A DNA stretch of 64,000 bases from Dicyema japonicum. Taxonomy: Eukaryota > Animalia > Dicyemida. A program made the translations under genes and the position numbers. Shown one piece after another: positions 1-13,500 of the stretch; positions within the stretch are counted from its first letter, which is position 1, and each line of letters begins with the position of its first letter. The stretch lies in assembly GCA_011109175.1 (NCBI GenBank), contig RDEW01000063.1, positions 187,779 to 251,778 of the forward strand, given 5' to 3'. A model generated the notes under the pieces. That model searched no databases, was not told the DNA's origin, and worked only from the letters and a program-made list of their open reading frames with translations.

Positions 1-570
1 GCTTGTATTTTCACTGAAAGATCTTCGTGATCAGTAATTGTATTAATGACCTCGCTATTGTTGGTACCTATCTTGACGATACTCTTTGCATCAGATAAAG
101 ACTTTAGCTTTATATGACATGTGACGTCGATTGATATGGATATCATGGCCTTATGTCTAAGAACCTCAGAAAGATTCCTACGACAAGGCAATAATCTGAA
201 CTTAGAAACGTGCTCTGTAGTCTGTTAAATTCCCTTCTAAACTGAATCGCTCGGATTAGAAAGATAAGGAGAAGCCATTGGTTAGTTTTGTTCTTCCCAA
301 GTCGTCCCAGTAGTCACGTTGTATGTCACCGCTAAAGCCGAGAGGCTTAGGGGAGAAATACGATGGACATCTTGACCTGACTGGTACATGTTCAGTGATC
401 CACTTTACCTAGGTGACGACAATGTCTTATGGTATTCATAAGAATCCATAGAATCCAGTACGAGGTAGGAGCACCGGGAAAGAATGAGGATTTTGGCGGA
501 GCGCATCGGGATCACGTGATAGTTAGTTTTGGTTTTACCGTGGTCTTGGGTGTTAAATAAATAAATAAAT
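1..570 (+). mobile_element. Decayed I/Ingi-group LINE: RT fragment and 3' end
   Basis: YLDD-like RT remnant near 70-90; ORF ends ...AERIGIT*; terminal stem ggatcacg/cgtggtct then (TAAA)n at 556-570, the same 3' end seen at 47420-47490 and 63215-63285. Confidence 0.5.
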
Positions 571-699
571 ATCTTCATTCTACCGAGAGACTATTCCGCT
601 CCGTGGCGACGAGTTCTGGCTTAGACCTCACTTGCAGGAGAAATTGCTCTTAATCACTTCGCTGGATGAGGGTTCTCTGGAACGTATTGATATCACGGG

Positions 700-3050
700 T
701 CTAGTTAGTTCGTGTTTACCCTTGGTCTTTGGAATAATTCCATGTTGAGCCGTTCCGTGGGTCGCACCTTTTTGAGGCGAGCTTGCTTCCAATCCTGTGG
801 TGAAAGGCTTCCGTCTTCGTGCCTAAAGCTCCAGTTGTCTCCATAGCAATGAGAGCGAAATGGTAATGGTCATACTTATGGATCTTCTTAACTTCCGCTT
901 AATCGGCTGCATCTCCAGGAGAATGCGTCGCCGTCAGCAATCTGGCTCCTGAGAAGTGTCCACACTCGTTGCGTCTCAGACGAGTGATTTTCCGTGGGAG
1001 TATGGGAATAACGTCATTCCATCCGGCTTCTTCCCGTCGCCTCTGTCTAAGCCCAATGGTTCCAATTGGGCAGGAAATTCCGCAGCCTTGAAGGCTCGAA
1101 AAATGATGTCATTGAGGGCTGTATGGCGTGGGGCTCGACCAGCACTCCGTCGGCAAGAGAGTGGAAGTAATCTTTTCGTATCAACATCTCCGCTTAAACG
1201 GCATTTGTGTCTTTGGCATATGTCCAGTCCTAGGCGTAGTGCCATCCCGATCCTCAAGCTGTTTTCGTCAAAGAGGGTCCCGAAATGTGGACAAAATTGG
1301 GCCTCGAGCCAGAAACCATTTCCTCGATGTGCGGCCGACTTAATGCTTTTTAGTCGGTGTTGGTTGGCGCTTTTTTTCGCGGCCTCCAGAGTGCTCATAC
1401 ATGCGATCGAGTCCTAATTCTTCTGGCAAGCGAAGTTCGACGGGAATTCCAAGTCCAACTAACCCCACAACTTGCAAACTCTGTCAAGCTCTGAGTCCAA
1501 GGTATGTCTGGTTGCGTTACGTAGGACTGCTTGGGCCAAGCGACTGCAGCTCGCAAGGGATGAAAAGTAGGCAGGCAGGGCGGCTTCAAGAAGAGATCTC
1601 AACCCAATGCCCTCATTTCTCGCAGGTTGTTTGCACATAGTCCAGCCCAGATCATCGAATTTGACATTCAGTATTGACTCCGCCGATCGTCTCAGAGTTC
1701 CATCAGCCGACAATAGTGCATTCCGGTGGTTGTTTCCAAAAGGGCAGCCAGGGAAGTGTACCTTGTCCAAGGAGGATATGCTGAAACATGAAAGTAGGGA
1801 TCTGAATTCTTGGCAGGTAGTAGAAAATTTTGGAGATGAGCAGCAAATATTGATCAGTTCCGATTTTATAACATTAACAATTAAACCCCATTCGTTTGAA
1901 GCTGAATGGTTGAAGAAATATCCTGATGTACGTTCTCCCATGGGCCAGCGATTGTGGCTTCGTCCAAGTCCCACAGGTTGAGTTCACATTTTATGCTTCT
2001 TGCCACTGAGTCAATTGTCATTGCAAAAAGCAAAGGCCCTAGTGGGTCTCCCTGCTGAACGCCTGTGCGTGAATAAACGATATCGTTTCCGTAAACGAAG
2101 GCTGAGTTCGTCCCATACGATAAGTGTACAAGTCGGCCAATCTCTGGACCTCTCTTCCAACAGGTTTCTAAAATACAGTCTCTCCTCAGCGTGTTGAAGG
2201 CATTTGCTATATCAAGCTTCAGGCCTAGCCTTTGGGTCTGAGAATTATTGCTGTTGAAGTAACTCCTCGCGGCGTGGACTGCTGCCTCGCAACCGACGGT
2301 CACTCCCACCCCAAGTTGAGTCGGAAACAGCTCTTCAGCAACATTGTGGGAGACTTTCCGGGCAGAGATTTTACCAGCAAGCCTTCGAAAGTATGTACCG
2401 ATCGCAATTGGGCGGACACCATCTCCTTTTCGGAATGCCAATAGATGTCCACAAAAAAGGTCTCTAGCAAATTTTGGAATATCACCATTAACTATTCGAG
2501 TGAGCAGCAAAATGATAGACGTTAACAAGGCACGGCCGGCTTCAGCAGTAGCTACAGAGGTTAAGTCCTTTATATGGCTTTGGCGCAGTCCGTTTAGGCC
2601 TCCGCAGCTACTGGGTGCAAAAGACTACTTCAAATTCCGTGGCAGTAAATGCCGGGAGGTCTTCTGGCATTGTCAAGTTCCGCTGGTTCGGTGGTGGTCC
2701 AGGCTGCTTCCTTCTCAATAACTCCAAGACTTCAGGGCACGGCTTTAACAGCGCTTTGTCACAAGACACCACTCTTACAGCTGCGCGAACGTCCCCTTCC
2801 ATTAGTTTTCGGTTCACCCTCTCTCGAAATGCTTTAGAATCTTTCTGTTTACTCCCAGCTTCTGTAGACAACTGTTTGCACCGAAATACTTGTTCAGGCT
2901 CGATTCCAGAGTCTTCCTGCGTTGAAGTGGCCAAAAAGGCAGAAGTATTCATCTTGATTTTTGAGGCCAGTGATCCGTTGCTAGCTTGATGATTCGGTCG
3001 CAACAGTAATTAGAACATTTGCTGTGAGAATACTCCAATTGCTAGGTTTA
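700..3050 (-). mobile_element. CRE-clade non-LTR retrotransposon (RT + RLE), frameshifted
   Basis: ORFs give GVRPIAIG, QLGVGV..GCEA, KLDIANAFN, QQGDPLGPLLF (RT); SGFWL, C..C....H, RH.ALNDII, EP.GL.R.DGKKPDG (zinc knuckle + RLE); split by frameshifts. Confidence 0.85.
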
Positions 3051-4299
3051 CAAAATTTATCAATAATAAAAATATACACGTGTTTAATAATCAATAAATC
3101 AGTGATGAATATGAAAATTTAATCTACAAGTCAACACACTTGAATACAAAATTAAAAACCACTACTACTCGAGTTAAATGACAAGTCATGTGGCCTGATG
3201 TTCATAAAGACATGCACTATCAGCGTCGTTTTTGACAAATCAGCTGATTTGCACGAAAAGACTCTACGCCTTTTATGGAGCCGAGCAGATCCTACCATCG
3301 TCACTCCACTGTCAGAGTCGTGAACCCATGTCTTTAATCGAACCCATGTCTTTCCTGATAGAGATATGAGAACTCAATCTACTAGCCTCCTTTCCCATTA
3401 CCCCTTCGCTGCTCTGCCGCTCCCAGCTCTATTGTTGGTTCGGTCTTCTTTAAAGCTTTTAGTTCCCCATTTGTGATTTTTTCTACTTGTCACCGTTTTT
3501 CAACTCTTTCCTCGCTGATATTTGTACACATCAAACAACTGTTCTTTAAGCGAATGAAAAGACAGATGACGTACGGTCTTTTAGCCATTTAACATAGAAT
3601 TTAACCAACTTGATAAATCTTTAAATTTTTGAACACATTTGAACTTTTTATTGGTTCCGTTGATATAATAATTAGAGACCACACTAACTAATGATCCCAG
3701 CAAGCTCCAGCAGAGACCTTTAACTTGGCCCGACCGTTTTCCATATACCCCAAATAAGCACGTATACGTGAATCTTCATAGTCAACACGGGAAGTTCTAT
3801 GGTTCATGCGTATCATAGATTCTAGAGTCATTGAGGCTGGGACTCTCCAAAAGTCATTCCTTTCGTAATTTTAGAGACGTTCTTTCGGTTATCCTTGATC
3901 TCCAAAACATTTTTCCCAAGAAATGAATGGACCCCAGATTAAACATGCATAAGAAATGTGTGGTTCAATGAATTAGTTTTACAACGTTGTTGAAGATTTA
4001 GCATCAACATGAGGGTTATATATTGCCTTGAAGAAGATTGAGTTAAGGGCTCTTTAGCTGATATTTGTAATCAAGGTTTTGTTCCGTAAATTGATCAACG
4101 CATTCACAATTCAACCCTGACACCATATTCGCAGACAAATAAGCAAATAAATTACGAATGTGAATGTTCTGTGGTTTTTATAATTTTATTTTCACATTTC
4201 CTGTCAAACACACAAGATTCAACCGCCAGGATCTTAAAGGAGATTTTCTCATTCAAGTGAGTTACTTCAGACAACTCGAACCGTATTCAACACGCGTAA

Positions 4300-4720
4300 A
4301 TATAGCTTTTATATATTTGCGAATTGGACAATGACACGGTTACCTTAATGCAGTCAATGTCATCGACTCACGTGACTCGACGTCTAGCTAAACAAAATCC
4401 CCTTAAGGTGATTCATAGTAAAGCAAACCTTCTCATAAATAATAGGCATTTGTTAGAACTGAAAATTGATGAGTCTGTTCAACGGTGCGAGGCAGAACAC
4501 AAAGACAAGCTTCGACATACTATCTCCTTGCAAAATCCCCATGTAATTGTAACTTCATTAATATTATCTTTGTTCTAGTAACACTCCACCTATTTAGGAA
4601 GACCTTAACAACTGAATGAAATACAACAAAAGGCTCGCAGGCACTCGATATGTTAGCTATGATCAACTGAATCAAACGCTTTTTGACATCCACTCACATA
4701 CACAGAGGTGAGAGTCAATG
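4300..4720 (-). mobile_element. R4/Dong-type RT fragment
   Basis: Minus-strand translation gives DVKKAFDSVDH and GILQGDSMSKLVFVFCLAPLN; the + ORF 4324-4578 is its antisense shadow. Confidence 0.55.
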
Positions 4721-5003
4721 AGGTGATCTAAGCCTTCCTCAGTATCGACCTTAACTTGTTCCGATGATTCCTCGTTCCGATACTATCGAGAGAGGCTTCA
4801 ATTGTAGATAAATTTACAAATTTATTTGTTTTATAAATTATTTTACAATATGGCAATTTTAATACAATTGTACATAATTCGTCGTGTGACGCCACGTGTG
4901 TTGTTTTCATCGTCTTTTACTGTTCTACGTTAATATATTTTCTGTTATATATAATATGTCACATGGGCAACATGAAACCTATGGGCAACCTGTTTTTTTA
5001 CGT

Positions 5004-5017
5004 GTTTCCATGGTAAC
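5004..5017. promoter_or_regulatory. Candidate RFX X-box
   Basis: GTTTCCATGGTAAC matches the X-box consensus; two ATGGGCAAC half-sites within 45 nt upstream; no target gene confirmed. Confidence 0.3.
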
Positions 5018-6814
5018 CAGAATATACTACATAATATGACTTTCTTGTAACTTACAAGAACAACATTTAACTAATTCATTAATTCTAAATAAAAAATTAA
5101 TTTAAATTGTATTTATTAAATGGCTAACCTGATTTCTTTTAATTTTAATAGCATGGCTTTAGTGATTTTGTATGTCTCAATTTAGCGGGTATATCAGAGA
5201 TCTTATCGAATATGACAAAATTAAAAAGATATTATGTGGAATCAATTTTTGGTGTATTTAATTAAGGTACGAATCGCGAAAGATCATGGAACTAACCCAG
5301 CATTGATGCTTGAAAAGTTTAATCCAACTATTCTGATACTTGCGAAATAGTCTTATCTAATTCACGTGTAGAGGTATTTTTCGAATGTATTTATAGGTTG
5401 AATTTTCTGATGGATGAAGAAGACCGGTCTTAATGTCAAGACTTAAAAAATAATTGTTTTTTATATTAAATAAATTCCTCATTTTCGGCTGTGAATCTAC
5501 AACAACCTAGTAACAAATAAGAAGGATCAATCATTATTGCATTATTGGGCGTTTTTTGGACCCACTCTTGTCTTCCCCTTATTCACTTGAATCACCTATA
5601 CTACATTTCTTTGTTTACACTATGATCGAACTAGAACTATGATTGAGGACACTTGTCGCCTTTTCGAGTAATATAATTTCTAGTCCAACCTACAGTGCAG
5701 GTGAACAGTCTCGCGAAGCCAACACAACATCATCCGCATAGGAAAGTAGAACAGGATTATCAGATGATATAAGTAAGACTAATTAATTTCTATTCTTTCC
5801 CACAGAATAAAGATTTGACTACAGAACAATGATTCTAAACTAATCTCACCATGCCAGAACTAGTTGCTTGAGCTGGACTAACGATTAAGTCATCCCTGTG
5901 GCTCGCCGTTAGGAGAAATTTATAGCCGGAAGATGTGAAGTCCCTAGTATACTTCCTCTCTGTCTGCTGAAATATAGTATGGATTCTAATGTCCCAATTC
6001 GCATAGTTATGATCTTTTTATAAAACCTTGTTTGATTTCTCATTTTGTCTCGGTTAGTTCTTTTGACCACATTTTGTTCCCACTAAGAATGATCTCCAAC
6101 TTAGGAAACCGACTGAATGTACGTTTTCATTGAGACACCAATCGATAGGAGGCATTGTTTAATTAGGGTTAGAAATAATTGAGAATATATAACAGCGTCA
6201 AAGTTATTTTAAGTGGCATAAATGATACACAAATACTCTCACCAATAAAACACGATTTTGAAAAATATGTATTTTTATAATTTTAAAACTTTTTTTCAAA
6301 AGAAACAATTTATTAAAATAAATTAAATTTGTTATGAAAGCTCTCCTTATGGGTACGCATGGGAGTTACCTCTCATAATCGCGAACCTAACGTTCACCCT
6401 TCAAGCCATCCAATTAACCTGATAAAATCTGAAATGCTCGTGCCAGTCACAGCAAACTTCTCAACGGAGATCGGCTGGAAAACGAACCACTCCACGATGG
6501 TACTTCATCCTTTTCATATATTTGGCAGTCACTCTGCAAAACCCGCGTGCAACGAGGAATATATAAACCCATTAGAGAAAGTGTCTATGTAAGTTGAATC
6601 CCAATAATAAATCTCCTTCGGGTTGTTGCGCCATTTAGGTTCTTTCTATCATCTCTCTCAAGACCAACGGCTAACAAGAGGAAGCGAGCCCTGCGTATTC
6701 GATAGCTCTCATGACAGTCGCGTTTAATGTAGTGTACGAAGGAATCTTCCTGAGTTCCCTCTGTATGAGTTTTCCAAGTAGAACCCACCACATCGGCATC
6801 AGCTTTCAAGTAGA

Positions 6815-6960
6815 CGCCTAGGTCTAGCCGAAGAGCAACTCCAACGGGGATTATATTCCTGTCAAGCTAAGTACCGACTGCCGTATCGGGAAGGCATTGA
6901 GCCAGGATCCAGAATTCTCAGCAACGCTGCATTCAGAACTCGGCTACGATGGGTATTTGC
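6815..6960 (-). mobile_element. CRE-clade fragment
   Basis: SGSWLNAFP and VGVALRL motifs on the minus strand. Confidence 0.55.
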
Positions 6961-7621
6961 GGATTGTTTAAGTCCATTAAGCTTTTTTCACAAAGGATTT
7001 CATCCCAGAGGTGATTCTATCGAATTAAAAAATTAAAACTTTATAGTTATTTGAGCGAATATCTACACAATTTTGAAAAGAAATACCCGCGCAGCCAGTG
7101 TGGCCACTGTATGGACCTCTGATTGATTTCTTTTAGGGTAATAAATTGCTTTTTGTGGGCATACACAAAAATCTGGAGCAGACATCCTAGTGGTTAGTGC
7201 TGTCCTTTGCGTATCACATAGCGTGAGTTCGTTCCTCTCACAGGTAAGGAGTGATTTTCAGCCTCTTGACAGATATCTCTTTAATATTAAATAAAGGATA
7301 ATCATTTGTTTTATTGGTCAGAAGATTAAGATGGTCTCTTCTAGATAATACATCAACTCGGACCCCTATTTATTGTGTGGCTTGTAGAAATGATGGAATG
7401 TATGAGCAGATTGGAGGAACTTTGAAGAATCTACTATACGAGAGAACAAGAGCATGCGAGTATGTTATCAATATGACAATGGTATGTGAGTTGAATTCCC
7501 CTTTTTGATCATAAACTTCTTGTTCTATTTTCAATTCCTTCTTTTCATTAGCCTTGCGTCATGAATCCGCTTGCTTCAACAAGCACACAATACTATGACA
7601 TCATGCACCAAAGAAAATCAT

Positions 7622-7800
7622 TTACTAATAATAATAATAATAAAAGCCTTTTCACGAGAGCCATAGTATTTTATAGCTCCGCATAGGCAGGACATACACT
7701 TTATTTAAGTAAAGAACAGTTAATTTTAACTAATCGTAAAACCAAGGAATGATCTTCACTTCTTTTTTTTTCTTTTTCTTGTGTGAGTGTCACACCCATA
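7622..7800 (-). repeat. 3' module of the tRNA-headed SINE (5'-truncated copy)
   Basis: Near-identical to 54370-54520; ends in (TAT)n on the minus strand. Confidence 0.7.
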
Positions 7801-7989
7801 TAAATCATTTACTATTTAAATAAATAATTATTTAAATAAATAAATAAGTATAATAAATAAATAATTTACTATTTGATGACTTTGGTAATTTTCGTTACTT
7901 TTTCATTCTCCTTAAAGCGGTTTTTAAAAAATTGACAACTTTTTAGTGGAGAGTGTTATATCCCCCTCTGTAGAAATGTCTATAAGACA

Positions 7990-8770
7990 AATTCACTAGA
8001 GGAAATCTTCCGAATTAGTAAAACTAGTGTACTTAATGAAACTTTAAATATTGTCATAAAAATTATAAATAAAATCCAACAGAAAATATGCCCGCTTATT
8101 CAATATTTTTTGAATTGACGCGGAAAAAACGTGCATACGTATTATTCCCTTAAAAATGAAATTGACTTAGGTTCGCCGTTATCAAAGGGAATTGCATTGA
8201 ACAGATTTGTCACTTTTTATGTACATTTGTTGAATTTCTGAAATTAGGAGATGATAGCAACGATTTTAATGCATCGCAAAATTTTTTTTGATTTGGCTTT
8301 TTTCGAAACTTAATGAGGTTAGTAGAAATTAGACTACTTTTAGGTATCTTTGATGTCACAAAGTAATCATGTAACAATAATAAAAAATGTTGAAAGAATA
8401 ATAAAATCTTTTTTGATAAAATCTAAATTTTTAATATTTTTAATGGAAGATTGATCATTCAAATCCATAGTTTTAAACTCTGATGCCGAATTAGAGAGAT
8501 CTCAAAAAATAACACATTTTATGAAATTAACTTTCAGAAAATCTCAATTTCTCAGTTTTGGCAGAATTTGAAGATTAAAATTTGTAATTCGATCTCTCAG
8601 ATAATCTTTACTTTCAGACTTCATATCTTTTTGAAAGTGGATTCAGCTCACTTAATTATTTATTAAAAAGTGAGCGAAATAAATTAAAAGTTTGTGATGT
8701 TCGACTTCATTTAAGTCAAATCAAGCCTGATATGAATTGTTGGCTTAAAGTCATCACTAATGGCTCATTA
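7990..8770 (+). mobile_element. hAT (Buster/ZBED5-like) transposase relic
   Basis: VR.LSKGIALNRF (RWLS-type motif) at ~8170; SYL.ESGFS...RNKL..DVRLHLSQIKPD dimerisation motif at ~8620-8740. Confidence 0.65.
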
Positions 8771-9519
8771 AGAACATTGGCTTTGAACTATTCTGGACTA
8801 GATCAGTTGCTCAGAGTCGCTGTAGACAGAAAAAATGTACATAAAGCAGATAAAGGATGAAATATTTGGATTTTGTGGAGGATCCAGTATCGACGAAGGC
8901 TTGCTTCGACGAGATGCGAGCGTTGTCGAGAAAATTAAATTAAAAATATGAAATTTAAAAAATTTTCACTTGATGTTAAAATATGTCACAGTTCAGAGCT
9001 ACCAGAACTGCGAGGTTTTAAAAATATTAATATTTGTTAATAAAAAAAATACATTTCTGAAGTTTTATTCATTAAATATCTGAAATTATTAATTTTTTCC
9101 ATATTATTTTGGAGATCGTGATCTTCTGCAAACCAACATCCCATCAAAATTATTGATTGAATGTAGCATGTTTTCATTTTATTTGGAAAATGGTTGACCA
9201 AACTATTTTTTACAATAAAATTTATAAAACATTTTTTTTAATTTTTATATTCATTATTCGTATTATTTAAAAAAGAATCACCTGCAATTCTATTCATCCT
9301 ATCATTTCTCCTCTTTGAGATGAGCCGATTCTGTTAAGCATGGTCAGTGACCTGCTTCCTTTAATTCATGACGTTTCCACGGCGACTGGTTCAAAATGAA
9401 CTGTCCATCGAAAAATTTGTACTTTTTTCATCTTTAAGGTCTCAACTTTTTCTGATACAGAGCCTAGTTGCAGTCATATCAAGGTTGGGGGAGGGAGGCA
9501 ATCCACACAGTTTTATCTT

Positions 9520-9960
9520 CTAGTTAATTATTAGTAGGAGTTCAGGATTTCGGTTTTCATCCGAAAGCCATCGATTCTGTTTTCCACCACCTTATGAATC
9601 GAGTTAAGTAGTTTACCCTCTTCCTCGCTCAAATCATCGATGCCCACTGCCATCTTAATTTCCGCTCTTCTTTTTACTCTATAAACGAAAATATCTTGTC
9701 TTTCTTTGTTGAGAAGTATCATCCCTCACACCCATATAGTAAGCTAGGGAAAATAATCCCCGGGAAGATAAACAGGAAAGTCTCCTTGTAGACTTGTAAT
9801 TTGCGGGTACATAAAAGGCCCTGGAAAGATATTTTCTTTCTTACTTTAATGTCATTAAAGAATGTGTCTTCGTGATCGATTGTGACCCAAAGTAACTGAG
9901 TGACCACACTCTCGTTACTCCCACTGTGTATAGCTGATCATGGTGCCGTCTAAACCGACT
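9520..9960 (-). mobile_element. APE-LINE RT C-terminal fragment
   Basis: IIFPSLLYGCE; related to 16440-16930. Confidence 0.55.
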
Positions 9961-10544
9961 TATCCTCATTGAGTTAGAGTTTTCCGTAGAGCTTCAGCTG
10001 TCAGGTGATCCTGGCCTCCTTAAACAGTCGTCTCATCTTGGTCCGAGAACCGACGCACTTCTGTATATACGAGACATTTTTGGGAATTTCGGAGCTGTCA
10101 ATAGGTCTCCCGTTCTCCCCACTAGTTCTTCGAAAGGAGTTGGAATTATCGGGGACGAGAAAAACCTTTATACGGTCCCTATGACTGTTGTTTGAAAGAC
10201 ATTAATCTTCTTCAGGTTCGTATTGAACAGGAGTGTCCCCCATGCAGCACAGTAAACTGATTGTCGGTTGTATGTATTATAGTGAGTTTAGAGTAGAGTA
10301 GAAACAATTTTTGTAGTATTCAGGAAGTGTTCTACAAAGTTTAGTTTTTGTAGAGAAGAAAATGTGACGGTGCTAACTATTTATTGAATGACATGAGGGG
10401 GTCTTAAAGATACCCTATAACTCGATAGAGTTTGGAGGGAATTAAGTCTCCATGAAGAGTAAAAAGAGGTTGTTAGTCTTCTATTTGTTGTAAAAATCAT
10501 TGTGCAAGACTTCTAGTTGTAGTAAAACCTTATAAAATAAGTTC

Positions 10545-10890
10545 CTCAATTATCGCAAATGATTACCTACATCTCCAATAAGCATTTTCAAAATAGTGTT
10601 CTTCTTGCAAAATGATTTTAATGTATATTTTATACTATATAATATTTAAATGCTATTTTATATTAAATTGTTATTTTTATTTTAATAATTACATCTTTTT
10701 GCATATTTAAAAAAAATCTTACTCGCTTAATCATATATTCTGTTTGTGGCTTTTGTCTATAAATGATAAAATAATTAAAAACGGATATAAAACGTCTTTT
10801 TCAATTTCAATGGACTGATACTTTTGCCAGCATATCAAGCTCAGAGTACCTTCAAAAATGTCTCCTTTTCCACGATCATTCAACCAGAGA
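10545..10890 (+). mobile_element. hAT left-subterminal and N-terminal fragment
   Basis: Homologous by eye to 42725-43010. Confidence 0.5.
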
Positions 10891-10924
10891 AAAAATTTAA
10901 TGATATTTTATTATTCTTAATTTC

Positions 10925-11180
10925 ATGGAAGAATACTTCGATACGTCAGGGGAGAAGTTCAGAGGTCGTCCAAGAATAACTTTTCCGGAAGTCCTTAATG
11001 GTGACCTGAGATCAGTAACCAGACAACTAAAGGACGGTAAAGACCTTAGTAGTCTGCGGCACTTGGCTTCGGACAGGAGGGGATGGGAAAGGCTAATTAA
11101 AAGGATTGTTCAGACGCGGCACGAATAGAATTATAGTTTATATGATTCTATGTAGTTGCTTATAATAATAATAATAATTA
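10925..11180 (+). mobile_element. RTE-clade LINE 3' end
   Basis: GRPRITF...LASDRRGW C-terminus followed by (TAA)n. Confidence 0.65.
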
Positions 11181-11249
11181 ACAAAAAACTCTATTAATAT
11201 TTAAAAATAAAAAAAAACATCATTTTATTTCTGCACGTTGTTGTTAGCT

Positions 11250-11440
11250 TCAAGTTGAGCTTGGATGAGTTGCGTAAGATAATTGAATATCTAGAAAATG
11301 GATACTAAGAAATTTGTGACAGGCTAAATGTTAAACATATATTTGGACGACCAAGAGCACCATGGGTTCAAGGACAGGTAGAGAGGTATCATTTATATAA
11401 TGTATAGGCTTTATCAATCTCTTAAAAATGGTTAACTGAT
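11250..11440 (+). mobile_element. Ginger-like integrase fragment with 22-nt intron
   Basis: HIFGRPRAPWVQGQVER|intron 11386-11407|LYQSLK. Confidence 0.7.
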
Positions 11441-11479
11441 TAGGATCGATGTTATGCATTGATTATGGTGGATGTTGAA

Positions 11480-12756
11480 GATTGCTTAGGGATGGTTGTC
11501 AAAGATAATGTAGAGTACCAACTTCTGAAACCCATCCTTAATGATGAAGATGTGAATTTTGCGAAACAATTGAGGTACCGAATAAAAAGAAAGCTGAATT
11601 TTTTGTTATTGATGAAAAGCTTTATTTGAAAGCTGTTAACGGATTTTACAAACTTGTGATACCCTCAACTAGTAAAGAAGAAATGAGGATTCACCAGACA
11701 AATCACTGTGGACATAACGCTCTGAATGCGCCTTGTCGTCTGCGCTACTAAAAGAACTGTTATTAAAAGACTGCAAGTTTGCAGTGCATAGAAATAATTT
11801 GACTATCATAGTCATATTTTTCAGATTTACCTAATGAGAGATTTCAAGTTGATCTGATTGATCTTGAAAGGTATAGATCACTGGGTTATTTGTGAAGAGT
11901 TGAAAGTCAAAATGATCATATTTCTTTGTTGTTGTCAGTTATGAACGGCCATGTTAGAAAATTGTGTGAGGATCACATAATTACTCAAATCCATGGAAGA
12001 CCTAACAATCCCCAAAATCAAGGGATCGTTGAAAGATTCAACCAGACGATCTCACGGAGTTTATCGAAAATGATGGTTTCGGATGACAGGAAAGAGTGGA
12101 TAAAGCACATTCGAAAGGCTGTGTTTTTATACAATCAAACGCCTCACTCACTCACAGGTAAAATTGTGCTTTTATTTTTTTGTAGGTGTTAGTCCGTTTC
12201 AGAGATATCGAGGGATTCTACAAATCCATTGTTAAAAATACTGTAACGGAGACAGGCGGTGAAGAAACCTGGAAAGTGTAGATAATATTGCTGAATTAAC
12301 AGAGCCAGACGGTAAGGACAGCCCCGAAACATATAGTAAAGGTTTTTTGTCTATAATTATACAAAAGGTGATTTTCCTCGGTAGACTTGAATTCTCCTTA
12401 CTATAAAAGGATGAATAGAAAGATGGGAGTGCATCGATCGAAATATGAATTTAACATAATAGTTATTCAATTTATAATTACTTAAAAGGTTCGTATTCAG
12501 AAGGACTATGGAATTAATCTTCACTACGTATGCAAAGGTTTGAGCATTCCTACGGAGATGTTGTCACTATTGTTGCAAAATTGTCTGACAATTTTGTGAA
12601 CGTTAAAGATAGTGAGGGAATTGTGAAGAAGGTGCATTCTAAACGCCTTAAAAATATAATTATCAATAATTAGTTTATGTTTGCTTTGAAATAATTGATT
12701 ATTTTATTTTTTGACATTGATTTCAGCTATCAAGGTAACGTCTGTGGCTCGCGACA
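11480..12756 (+). mobile_element. Ginger-like DNA transposon relic with 28-nt intron and right end
   Basis: H..NHCG zinc motif, PNERFQVDLIDL, HGRPNNPQNQGIVERFNQTI, YNQTPHSLT|intron 12158-12185|GVSPF; terminus gctcgcgACA at 12747-12756. Confidence 0.75.
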
Positions 12757-13049
12757 TAATACCATATTTTGAGGGTTTATCAGGAAACATGTTATAAAAG
12801 AAATACGAGAATGTATGGAAAAGCTAGAAGAAATGATATGCAATGCATCGCCGTCTGCACTTAATTACTACTACGACTTTAGACTTAAAAAACAAAAATC
12901 TCGAATGCCCCACCAAGGGTTCGACTGTATATAGTAATTTGGGATTGTGTCAAACTGGTTAGTTAGTAAAGCACAGTCGCGTTACCAGTAAACACTGTTT
13001 ATCGCTTCGCTTGTGCCATGTTTTTAGATTATCCTTTCTGTTAGTCTTC

Positions 13050-13500
13050 TCCATTTTTTTGCTGTCGTGCTCGTTTCATGATTCCGTCCAGATCGTCCCC
13101 ATGTTAAACTATGCAATGCTGGGAAGTACCTGGCCTGGGATGCCACATGCGTAGATAGCTTCTCCCCTTCCAATATTACAATGAGTGCGACAAATCCAGG
13201 CTCAGCTGCAGAGAAAGCAGAAATACTTAAAGCAAAGAAGTACACATGCCTCGGCGAGCAGTACACATTTGAACCAGTCGCAGTCGAAACTTCGGGAGTC
13301 ATAGGAAGCAGGTCGTTAGCCCTGCTCAACAAAATTGGATCGTTAGTCGCTAAAAGGAGGAGGGATGTCAGAGAGAAGGGCTGGCTTATTGAGCGCATCT
13401 CCTTACAGATCGTAAGGGGAAATGCGCTCTCAATCCTGAGTGCAGCCAGTAGCCTTTAACTATTTGGTTTTATTTTTCAATAAATTGTTATTATAACTAT
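13050..13500 (+). mobile_element. CRE-clade RLE domain and 3' end
   Basis: AWDATCVDSF, FEPVAVETSGVIG, ERISLQIVRGNA. Confidence 0.8.

Noticed and set aside
956-2989. Long plus-strand ORFs (956-1417, 1607-1981, 2615-2989), and 4324-4578
   Set aside because: Antisense shadows of minus-strand retroelement coding sequence
3320-3355. gaacccatgtcttt repeated twice as a CRISPR-like or regulatory array
   Set aside because: Only two adjacent units, no spacers; simple slippage duplication in a eukaryote
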